Part shown: piece after piece, positions 56,215 through 64,000 of the stretch
Layout: the number at the start of each line of letters is the position of its first letter
Numbering within the stretch: position 1 is the stretch's first letter
Origin: Candidatus Omnitrophota bacterium
Lineage (GTDB): Bacteria; Omnitrophota; Gorgyraeia; Zapsychrales; Zapsychraceae
NCBI GenBank assembly: GCA_023247445.1
Contig: JAHFGL010000004.1
Location: 1,520-65,519, forward strand
DNA: 64,000 nucleotides
Direction: 5' to 3'
Notes under the pieces: generated by a model
What the model saw: only the letters and a program-made list of their open reading frames with translations
Databases searched by the model: none
Told to the model about the DNA's origin: nothing
Translations under genes and position numbers: made by a program

Positions 56215-58152
56215 ATGGATTTGAAGAAAGAAAAAGAAGAAATATCTTTATTAAGCAGGGCAGGGGGAATTCTTAATTCTCTGGCTTCGATGGTTTTTCT
56301 GACGTATATGTTGGATGTTCTTTTCGATAGCAATTTTGTTCAGAATCTGGGCATATTCGGTCTGTTGATTTTTATCCCGCTTAAGATTCTTCTTTTTACC
56401 GCCATGTTCGTTACCTTAATTGAGATAGCCAGTGGGGAAGAGATTCTTTTTCAATTTGCTCGCTTTAAAAGTAATGTGACTAAATTTTGGAAAATTTATG
56501 CCTTAGCGTTATGTTTGCCGCTAGCCATTTATTTTATTGTGAAGTATGTCTTTAGGTTGCCTCAAAACTTATCCATTAGTGTTTTAATGTTTCATTTAAA
56601 TATTGTTATTTTCTTTTTGGTTTCTTACGGCATTATTAATGCAAAATACATAAAGCCAGGGGCGCTAAAGAGAAGAAGCATCGTTTTAAGCTTGAAAAGT
56701 GTCGGTATTATTCTTGCCCTTTATGGATTGGATCTGGCCATTTTTTATTTACCACAGTATGTTGATACCTCAAGATTTTATCTGCCCAATCTGTTAGGAT
56801 TTCTTGCTCGATATTTAGATTTCTTTATCTTTACGTATTTATCTCTGATTATTTTTAAGCAATATCCTGAAATTGAGAAACGATTTACTTTTGATCGTGA
56901 ACTTTACTTAATCAATCCCTATCCTTATGGCGGAGATCTTCTGACGGGATTTTCCTATTCTGCGTGGCGGTGGCATCCACCTATTTTTGTTGTTTTAAGG
57001 GCATTAACGCCAAAGCATTATAAAGTCACAGAATTTAATCAACGTATTTGGGCCAATCGATATTATAAGAAAAATGCTTTAGTGGCGATTACCTGTTACA
57101 CCTCGAACTCTCCGGAGGCTTATAGGATTGCGAAAGAGTTTAAACGACGTGGTGCGACTGTCATCATGGGTGGGCCGCACATTATGTGTGTACCTCAGGA
57201 AGCCATCGATTATTGTGATAGTGTCGTTGTTGGAGATGTGGAAGGGGTCTGGCGTGAGATCATTCGCGATTATGAAAATGGATCACTTAAGAAAGAATAT
57301 TCTGGAGAATCAAAGAAAGAAGATCATGAATTTGTTCAGCAAGAACTGATGACCTCGACTCCAGAAGTGGTTAAAGACTTTTTGGAACCAACGCGAGGAT
57401 GTAAATTTAAGTGTCATTTTTGTGCGATTCCAGGCATTGTGGATAATATTAAAAGATTACCTGTTGAAGAATTCTTGTCGCTGATTAAACGGATTAAACA
57501 TAGATATAATCGTGATCTTTACTTTATTGATAGCAATATTTATTCGGATCCCGCGTATTCTAAAGAATTATTTCAAGCTTTGAAACCGATGAATGTTACC
57601 TGGCAGAGCGCGGCGACCATTGACATCGCCAAGAATCAGGAAACACTTAAATTAGCTCGAGAAAGTGGTTGTAAATTATTGTTATGCGGTTATGAAGTTC
57701 CTGCCGGATCGCTGGAAACAAAAGTTGATGGCAAATTAACGATGGCGGATCGATACATTGACTATACGCGAATTATCCAAAAAACAGGAATTAAAATAAA
57801 AGGGACGTTTATGTTTGGTTGGGAGTCAGATAGTTACAAAAGTTTATTTGAGCTATGGAAGTTTTGCTTTAAACTTAGCCCACAAATAACCGTTATGTCG
57901 ATTTTGACACCCATCCCTGGATCCAAACTTTATGTTGATATGCTTAAAAGCAATCGTTTAACGAATTTAAATTGGCGGGCGTATGCCTTTTATAGTTTGG
58001 TTTATAAACATCCCAATCTAGATAATTTTATATTTCCAAAATTATTTATCTTTATCCGATATGTGTTTTTCTTTACGACATCTACGTTCGGTCGAAAAGT
58101 TTTTATTTTTGTATTAATTGGGGTTGCGCTACTTCTTTTAACGAGGTTATAA
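56215..58152 (+). CDS. Membrane-embedded B12-binding radical SAM protein, paralog 3
   Basis: Same architecture; GDVE, RGCKFKCHFC, FIDSN. Confidence 0.88.
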   Translation: MDLKKEKEEISLLSRAGGILNSLASMVFLTYMLDVLFDSNFVQNLGIFGLLIFIPLKILLFTAMFVTLIEIASGEEILFQFARFKSNVTKFWKIYALALCLPLAIYFIVKYVFRLPQNLSISVLMFHLNIVIFFLVSYGIINAKYIKPGALKRRSIVLSLKSVGIILALYGLDLAIFYLPQYVDTSRFYLPNLLGFLARYLDFFIFTYLSLIIFKQYPEIEKRFTFDRELYLINPYPYGGDLLTGFSYSAWRWHPPIFVVLRALTPKHYKVTEFNQRIWANRYYKKNALVAITCYTSNSPEAYRIAKEFKRRGATVIMGGPHIMCVPQEAIDYCDSVVVGDVEGVWREIIRDYENGSLKKEYSGESKKEDHEFVQQELMTSTPEVVKDFLEPTRGCKFKCHFCAIPGIVDNIKRLPVEEFLSLIKRIKHRYNRDLYFIDSNIYSDPAYSKELFQALKPMNVTWQSAATIDIAKNQETLKLARESGCKLLLCGYEVPAGSLETKVDGKLTMADRYIDYTRIIQKTGIKIKGTFMFGWESDSYKSLFELWKFCFKLSPQITVMSILTPIPGSKLYVDMLKSNRLTNLNWRAYAFYSLVYKHPNLDNFIFPKLFIFIRYVFFFTTSTFGRKVFIFVLIGVALLLLTRL

Positions 58153-58155
58153 AAA

Positions 58156-58764
58156 TTATTTAAGATTTTTGTAGATGAAGGGGATCTTGAGAATAATTTG
58201 AATAACAAAATAGCTGGCGATCGTGGTTGCAAAAATCTGCCATACTTTGAGGGGATAAATAAAGCAGGTAAAGATAAACACGCACATAATTGTTTTTCGC
58301 GAAATATTATCAAGATGATAAATGGTATCAACCAGTGATGGGATGTTGTACTTCTTGCTGTAAATTTCACAAAGTTGATAGAGAGTTTTCTGGCAGAGGT
58401 CTTCTAGTTGGAAGTCTTTTTTGAGTAGTTCCGTACTAATTTCAACAACCAACTTCTTTTGATTTTGATTCAGTTTAAATAGCGGATAAATAAATAGTAG
58501 CCCTGCCCATAAATAAACATACTGTTTTGATACGATAATCAATACGAGTAGTCCAACAATGAGGACATTAAGAAGCAATTGCAAACAGAGAATTTTTCTT
58601 AAACGGGGATAAAGAGTGGCGGCGTGATTAACATCTGTAAGATGTTCAGAAATGGCCGGACGCGTAACCAGGAAATTAAACCATCGAAAGACTTGTTCGT
58701 CAGTATCGATTGAGCTAGCAATAGCTTCCAAACTACTAACTGCTTTATGAAAAGGGATGGCCAT
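58156..58764 (-). CDS. Hypothetical membrane protein
   Basis: About four TM segments; fills the gap; AGGA upstream. Confidence 0.7.
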   Translation of the reverse strand: MAIPFHKAVSSLEAIASSIDTDEQVFRWFNFLVTRPAISEHLTDVNHAATLYPRLRKILCLQLLLNVLIVGLLVLIIVSKQYVYLWAGLLFIYPLFKLNQNQKKLVVEISTELLKKDFQLEDLCQKTLYQLCEIYSKKYNIPSLVDTIYHLDNISRKTIMCVFIFTCFIYPLKVWQIFATTIASYFVIQIILKIPFIYKNLK

Positions 58765-58868
58765 AATTGTTTTCCTGTAAAGAATCGTTGAAAAGTTGAC
58801 GGTATTCTACATGGATACAATGCAACAGACAAGACAAAATTTAATTACCTTGAAAGTAAATTGAGAAA

Positions 58869-61136
58869 ATGATGATGCGAAATATCAAAAGGGATAATAC
58901 AAAGCTAATTTGTGATATTGGAGAATTGGGAGGACTCTTTAGAGATTCAACGAGTCTTGAGACCTTCTTGCAGCGCATCGTTGAGATGATTGCCGATCAT
59001 ATGAATTCTGATGTTTGTTCGATCTATCTTTATTATTTGGATACGCAGGAATTGATTTTAAGCGCAACGCATGGCTTAAATAAAGATTTTATCGGAAAGC
59101 TTAAATTAAAGTTGGGAGAGGGGTTGACCGGTGTCGCTTTAAAAGAGCTACGGCCAATTTCGGAGCGCCATGCCAGTAAAAATTCCAGTTTTAGGTATTT
59201 CCCCGGCTTGGGTGAAGAGAAGTATGAATCTTTTCTCGCTGTTCCCATTATCCGCGGAACAACTAAAATTGGGACGATGGTCATCCAAAATACGCAGAAG
59301 GATTATTTTAGCGATGAGGATACCATCGCCTTGCGTGCGGTGACCTCTCAGCTGGCCAACACGATCGAAATGGCGAGGCTGATCATGTCCTTTGAAACGC
59401 AACATGATCTTCAAAAAGAAACACAGCCAACCGAACCATTAAAATTTATTCAAGGGAAAGTTGGTTCAGAAGGGTTTGCCTTTGCGCAGGCCACGATTCT
59501 TAAGAATGAAAAAAATTTGAGACTTTATATTCAAAATAAGATTGTACAAAGTTACACCTTAGAAGATTTTGAAAAGGCCGTTGCCTTAACAGAAAAACAG
59601 CTGGAAGAATTTCAGCGGCAGATTGAAGAAAAATTAGCCGACGTGGCTTCGCTTATTTTTTCCGCGCAGATTTTGATGCTTAAAGATAAAGGTTTTATTG
59701 AGGCGATTGTTCATCTGATCGAAGATGGCGAGGATCCGGTTTCTGCGACGATCACCGTTGTTGATCATTATGTCCGAAAGTTTGAAAGCCTTCCGAATCT
59801 TTATCTGCGTGAAAAAAGTCAAGATATTCGAGACATTGGCAAACGATTGCTGGACAATTTGGTTGGGCATGGTCAACAAGCCTCTGAGTATGAGGATCAC
59901 ATTATCGTTTCCGAAGAATTGTTGCCATCGGATGTCCTTAAATTTTCTTCACAGAAGGTTAGGGGAATTATTCTTTTACGCGGCGGAACCACATCACATG
60001 TTTCCATCTTAGCTCAATCATTGTCGATTCCACTTATCATTGCCGATCATCTGGATCTTTTATCGTTACCGGCCCAAACAAAAATTTTGATGGATGCCGA
60101 ACAAGGAAATATTTATATTAATCCTGCCCAAGAGATTACTAATTCGTTTAAGGGTAAGGAGGATCTACGAAAAGAAGTTGAGCGTCTTAAAAGTTCAATG
60201 TCCGCGACCACAGAGACTAGCGATGGAACGCGGGTGTATTTGTTGGCTAACATTAATCTTTTAGGTGATGTTAAAAACGCACGGGAATATAAGGCCGAAG
60301 GGGTTGGACTTTACCGAACAGAATTTCCTTTTATTATCCGTAGTGATTTTCCATCAGAGGAAGAGCAGTATGTGATTTATAAAAAGCTTATTGATGGAAT
60401 TCCAGATAAAGAAATTACTCTTCGAACACTTGATATCGGTGGTGACAAAGTTTTATCTTATTTCCAACATCACATTAAAGAGAACAATCCCTTTTTGGGA
60501 ATGCGTTCGATCCGTTTTTCGTTGCAGCACCTTGATATTTTTTCTCATCAAATCCGGGCTATTTTACGCGCCGGGGCAGACGCTAACATTCGTATTATGT
60601 TTCCTATGATTTCATCGTTGGATGAGTTTTTGGATGCCAGAAAGGTTGTCATTTCTTGTATCAACGATTTAAAAATGGCTGAGGTTCCTTGCAATGAGAA
60701 TCCAAAGATTGGTTTAATGGTTGAATTGCCATCGGTGGTTGAAATTATTGAGGATTTGGCGCAGGAGGCGGATTTTTTTAGTATTGGTACCAATGATTTT
60801 ATTCAATATATGCTGGCGGTTGATCGCACTAATGAAAAGGTGTCGAATTTGTATCTGCCTCATCATCCATCGATTCTAAGGTCTTTAAAGAAAATTGTTG
60901 ATGCTGCTAATAAGTTTAAAAAAGATGTCTCCATTTGCGGTGATATGGCTCAAGAGGAAAAATATTTGGAATATTTTCTTGGAATTGGGCTAAGAAAATT
61001 TAGTATGACGCCGGCGGGGTTACCCAAGATTCAAACAGCCCTACGTCAAATTAAAATGGCGACGGCTAAGAAAAATACAGAAGCCATTTTATCAAAGAAT
61101 ACAGTTAATGATATCGCCCGCATGATGAAGATATGA
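58869..61136 (+). CDS. ptsP: GAF-containing PEP-protein phosphotransferase (Enzyme I-Ntr)
   Basis: N-terminal GAF (DVCSIYL, GEGLTG), GGTTSH, GVGLYRTE, RTLDIGGDK, SIGTND. Confidence 0.94.
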   Translation: MMMRNIKRDNTKLICDIGELGGLFRDSTSLETFLQRIVEMIADHMNSDVCSIYLYYLDTQELILSATHGLNKDFIGKLKLKLGEGLTGVALKELRPISERHASKNSSFRYFPGLGEEKYESFLAVPIIRGTTKIGTMVIQNTQKDYFSDEDTIALRAVTSQLANTIEMARLIMSFETQHDLQKETQPTEPLKFIQGKVGSEGFAFAQATILKNEKNLRLYIQNKIVQSYTLEDFEKAVALTEKQLEEFQRQIEEKLADVASLIFSAQILMLKDKGFIEAIVHLIEDGEDPVSATITVVDHYVRKFESLPNLYLREKSQDIRDIGKRLLDNLVGHGQQASEYEDHIIVSEELLPSDVLKFSSQKVRGIILLRGGTTSHVSILAQSLSIPLIIADHLDLLSLPAQTKILMDAEQGNIYINPAQEITNSFKGKEDLRKEVERLKSSMSATTETSDGTRVYLLANINLLGDVKNAREYKAEGVGLYRTEFPFIIRSDFPSEEEQYVIYKKLIDGIPDKEITLRTLDIGGDKVLSYFQHHIKENNPFLGMRSIRFSLQHLDIFSHQIRAILRAGADANIRIMFPMISSLDEFLDARKVVISCINDLKMAEVPCNENPKIGLMVELPSVVEIIEDLAQEADFFSIGTNDFIQYMLAVDRTNEKVSNLYLPHHPSILRSLKKIVDAANKFKKDVSICGDMAQEEKYLEYFLGIGLRKFSMTPAGLPKIQTALRQIKMATAKKNTEAILSKNTVNDIARMMKI

Positions 61137-61825
61137 AATCTAAGCTTTTTTCTTTAAGTTTCGTTTTCATCATTCTTTCGGCTGGTCTTATGCACGCCCA
61201 AAATTCCCCTGCTGAAATTCGTTATATCGCCATCGGCGATTCCTATACTGTTGGAACAGGATCCAGTCCCCAAGAAGCCTGGCCAACACTTCTTACAAAA
61301 CATCTACAAAAAGAAGGTATTTCTATCCGCCTGGTTGCCAATCTGGCTCAAAACGGTTGGACGACACAAAATGCTGTTGAAATTGAACTTCCTATTTATA
61401 AAAAATTAAAACCAACCTTTGCGACAGTTTTGATCGGCGTTAACGATTGGGTAAGAGGTATGCCGGCATCAACTTTTTCTGCCCGCTTTGGTAATCTTCT
61501 AGATGAAATGCTTAAAGAATTGCCCAACAAAGATCGCCTTTTAATTATGACAATTCCTGATTTTTCCGTTACGCCAATGGGCGCAAGTTTTGGCAATGTT
61601 CGCGACATTTCGTCAGGAATTACACAGTTTAACGACATTATCAAGAAAGAGGCAAAGGCACGCGGCTTAAATGTTGTTGATATCTTTACGTTGTCTCAAC
61701 AGATGGGGCAGGATCCATCGTTAGTAGCTGATGACGGATTACATCCTTCGGCTAAAGAACATGCTCTTTGGGAAAATCTAATTTATCCACAAGCAAAGCG
61801 CATTTTACTCGGCGATCATCGTTAG
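61133..61825 (+). CDS. Exported SGNH/GDSL hydrolase
   Basis: GDSY, GVND, DGLHP. Confidence 0.92.
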   Translation: MKSKLFSLSFVFIILSAGLMHAQNSPAEIRYIAIGDSYTVGTGSSPQEAWPTLLTKHLQKEGISIRLVANLAQNGWTTQNAVEIELPIYKKLKPTFATVLIGVNDWVRGMPASTFSARFGNLLDEMLKELPNKDRLLIMTIPDFSVTPMGASFGNVRDISSGITQFNDIIKKEAKARGLNVVDIFTLSQQMGQDPSLVADDGLHPSAKEHALWENLIYPQAKRILLGDHR

Positions 61826-61927
61826 TATGCTGCCCGACATTTTTATCTTTTTGTTAGATGAAATATAAATGTCTGATATAATTCAACTTAGCTTTACATA
61901 CAAATTTATTAATCCTTTTGCTAATCA

Positions 61928-62326
61928 ATGATAAAAAATAATACCAAACCAACCCGCATACTGCTCGTTGACGATGATCCTGTTCAAGTTAAACTTCTCC
62001 AAACGAGATTAAAGGAAAATGGTTTTGAGGTCTTAACCGCTCATGATGCCGCGGTTGGATTACAACTTGCGATTGATCAAACTCCCGAAATTGTCATCCT
62101 TGATGTGATGATGCCGATTATTAATGGTTATAATTTCTGCCGACTTGTCAAAACAGAAGTTAAGGTAAAAGATATTTCAGTTATCCTATTAACTTCCCGT
62201 GATAAGTTAGAGGACATTCGAATTGGTCTTGAGATGGGTGCTGATGCTTACTTGGTTAAACCCGTGAATATTGAAGAACTTCTTAGAGCGATTAAGGTCG
62301 TTGGCTCCAGTAATCATAAACATTAA
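61928..62326 (+). CDS. Single-domain response regulator
   Basis: VDDD, LDVMMP, GADAYLVKP. Confidence 0.92.
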   Translation: MIKNNTKPTRILLVDDDPVQVKLLQTRLKENGFEVLTAHDAAVGLQLAIDQTPEIVILDVMMPIINGYNFCRLVKTEVKVKDISVILLTSRDKLEDIRIGLEMGADAYLVKPVNIEELLRAIKVVGSSNHKH

Positions 62327-62336
62327 TTCCCCACTT

Positions 62337-63140
62337 ATGTTTGCCATCAAAATTCTTGAAAATATAGGTTTTACCGTTAAAGAGTGGTGTGTTGTTACGG
62401 TTGAATTTCTTCAACTGCTTTTAGAAACCCTTTATTGGATTTTTCTTGGACCCTTTCGAGCTAAGCCCATCAACGTTCCCACCCTTTTCGATCAAATGGT
62501 TTTTATGGGGATTCAATCGATTGCCATCGTCTTTTTTGTTAATCTTTTTACAGGTGTTGTTTTGGCCATGCAATCGGCCCATCAACTTGCTCAGATGGGG
62601 GCGACAATTTATGTCGCCAGTTTAGTCACGATCTCGATTTGTCGTGAACTAGGACCAGTCTTAACGGCTCTGGTTATCGCCGGCCGAATTGGCGCCGCGA
62701 TTACCGCTGAAGTGGGATCGATGAAAGTCAACGAGCAGATTGAGGCGCTCGACACGATGGCCATTAGCCCTGTTCGTTATCTAGTTGTTCCTAAATTTTT
62801 GTCACTCCTTATTATGCTGCCGTGCCTGACGGTGTTTGGCGATATGGCGGGGATTTTGGGAGGTTACTTGATTGGCGTTTTTAGTTTAGATATTAATTCC
62901 GGATTATACATTCAAACGGCTTTAAAATATTTAACGCTTAAAGATATTTATACAGGACTATCGAAACCCTTTGTTTTTGCTATTATTATTTCACTCGTAG
63001 GCGCTTATCAGGGATTAAAGACAAAAGGCGGCGCGGTTGGCGTTGGAAAGGCAACAACGATCAGTGTGGTCACGAGTTTTATTTTAATTATTCTGGCTGA
63101 TTGTGTGGTTACGGGAATTTTTTATTTTATGGCGATGTAA
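62337..63140 (+). CDS. mlaE: MlaE family ABC permease
   Basis: RELGPVLTALVIAGRIGAAITAEVGSM, EQIEAL, GVGKATT. Confidence 0.93.
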   Translation: MFAIKILENIGFTVKEWCVVTVEFLQLLLETLYWIFLGPFRAKPINVPTLFDQMVFMGIQSIAIVFFVNLFTGVVLAMQSAHQLAQMGATIYVASLVTISICRELGPVLTALVIAGRIGAAITAEVGSMKVNEQIEALDTMAISPVRYLVVPKFLSLLIMLPCLTVFGDMAGILGGYLIGVFSLDINSGLYIQTALKYLTLKDIYTGLSKPFVFAIIISLVGAYQGLKTKGGAVGVGKATTISVVTSFILIILADCVVTGIFYFMAM

Positions 63141-63149
63141 TTAAGTAAT

Positions 63150-63233
63150 GTCATCCTGAGGAACGTAGTGACGAAGGATCTCAGAAAATTTAAGTGCTTT
63201 GAGATTCTTCGCACCTTCGGTGCTCAGAATGAC
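63150..63233. repeat. REP-like palindromic element (GTCATCCTGAG...CTCAGAATGAC)
   Basis: Paired hairpin units GTCATCCTGAG...GAAGGATCTC and GAGATTCTTC...CTCAGAATGAC between mlaE and mlaF. Confidence 0.82.
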
Positions 63234-63258
63234 GATAGATTAAGGAAAATTTTAATTT

Positions 63259-64000
63259 ATGACAGCTGAAAAAAAAGTAGCGATTTCGATTCGGGATTTA
63301 GAAAAATTCTTCGGCGAACGAAAAGTTTTGGATAATATCAATTTTGATATTAACAAAGGAGAGATTTTTGTCATTATGGGCGGCTCTGGTAGCGGTAAAA
63401 GTACGCTTCTTAGAATTATGACCGGTGGGGTTAAGCCCAGCCGTGGAAAAGTTTTATTTGGCGATAAAGATATTCATACACTCGAAGGCATCGAGGCTGA
63501 AAAGGTCAAACGGCGATTTGGTATGAGTTTTCAATCGGCGGCGCTTTTGGATTTTCTGACCGTTGAAGAGAATGTCAGCTTGCCACTACGTGAACACACC
63601 CATCTTGATCCCAAGGTTGTTAGCATTATCGCCAAAATGAAATTAAATTTAGTTGGCCTTCAAGGATTTGAGAATTATTATCCCAGTATGATTTCCGGTG
63701 GGATGAAAAAACGCGTGGGGGTGGCCCGCGCCATTGTCATGGATCCTGAAGTTGTTTTTTATGATGAACCGACCGCGGGACTTGATCCGGTTGTTTGCGC
63801 CGTTGTCGATCAGCTTATTCTTGATTTAACAAAGAAGCTCAACCTGACCTCGATTGTTGTGACCCATAATATGGAAAGTGTCTGGCGTATTGCAGATCGT
63901 GTAGCGATGGTTTATCGAGGAAAACTTATTGAGGTTGGAACAAGAGATCAAATTCGTCATTCACAAAATAAAATTATTCAACAATTTGTTAACGGCGAGA
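63259..64000 (+). CDS. mlaF: MlaF family ABC ATPase (3' end lies outside the window; absent from the ORF track)
   Basis: MTAEKKVAISIRDLEKFFG...GGSGSGKST...ISGGMKKR...YDEPTAGLDP. Confidence 0.92.
   Translation, partial: MTAEKKVAISIRDLEKFFGERKVLDNINFDINKGEIFVIMGGSGSGKSTLLRIMTGGVKPSRGKVLFGDKDIHTLEGIEAEKVKRRFGMSFQSAALLDFLTVEENVSLPLREHTHLDPKVVSIIAKMKLNLVGLQGFENYYPSMISGGMKKRVGVARAIVMDPEVVFYDEPTAGLDPVVCAVVDQLILDLTKKLNLTSIVVTHNMESVWRIADRVAMVYRGKLIEVGTRDQIRHSQNKIIQQFVNGE

Noticed and set aside
52313-58152. RiPP cluster with the Gln-rich protein as precursor
   Set aside because: There is no SPASM/RRE domain, peptidase or short precursor, and the Gln-rich protein has an export signal.
69-61644. Numerous short ORFs antisense to or overlapping the annotated genes in the ORF track
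   Set aside because: They are shadows of well-supported genes, with no motifs or RBS.

Overview
Gene-dense, AT-rich chromosomal window from a diderm bacterium, with almost all genes on the + strand. The gene content (PEP-CTERM proteins, PtsP, OmpA-LysM, Mla) would fit a PVC-type lineage such as Omnitrophota, but that is inference only. Ordinary content includes two-component signalling, a CPA2-EIIA antiporter, SulP, glgP, modA/mop/modBC, a PEPCK-like protein, ychF, ABC transporters, corA, cusBA, ptsP and mlaEF. I found no rRNA, tRNA, CRISPR array, integrase or transposase. The main points of interest are: (1) An accessory islet at about 17.9-23.6 kb. Three different DNA-binding proteins (DUF1016_N-SNase, Bro-N, ORF6N) each carry an in-frame DNA palindrome, and the ORF6N gene is followed by an array of three alternative, compensatorily varied copies of its own internal palindrome. 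This is a candidate cassette-diversification or self-recognition system. (2) An MNT-HEPN toxin-antitoxin pair bounded by an exact 42-bp duplication of the upstream gene's 3' end. (3) Four tandem PEP-CTERM paralogs with a duplicated promoter carrying phased TGTCC repeats. (4) Three tandem membrane-embedded B12-binding radical SAM enzymes. (5) Several families of intergenic palindromic elements, one with a nested insertion. All calls come from reading motifs by eye; no database searches were run.
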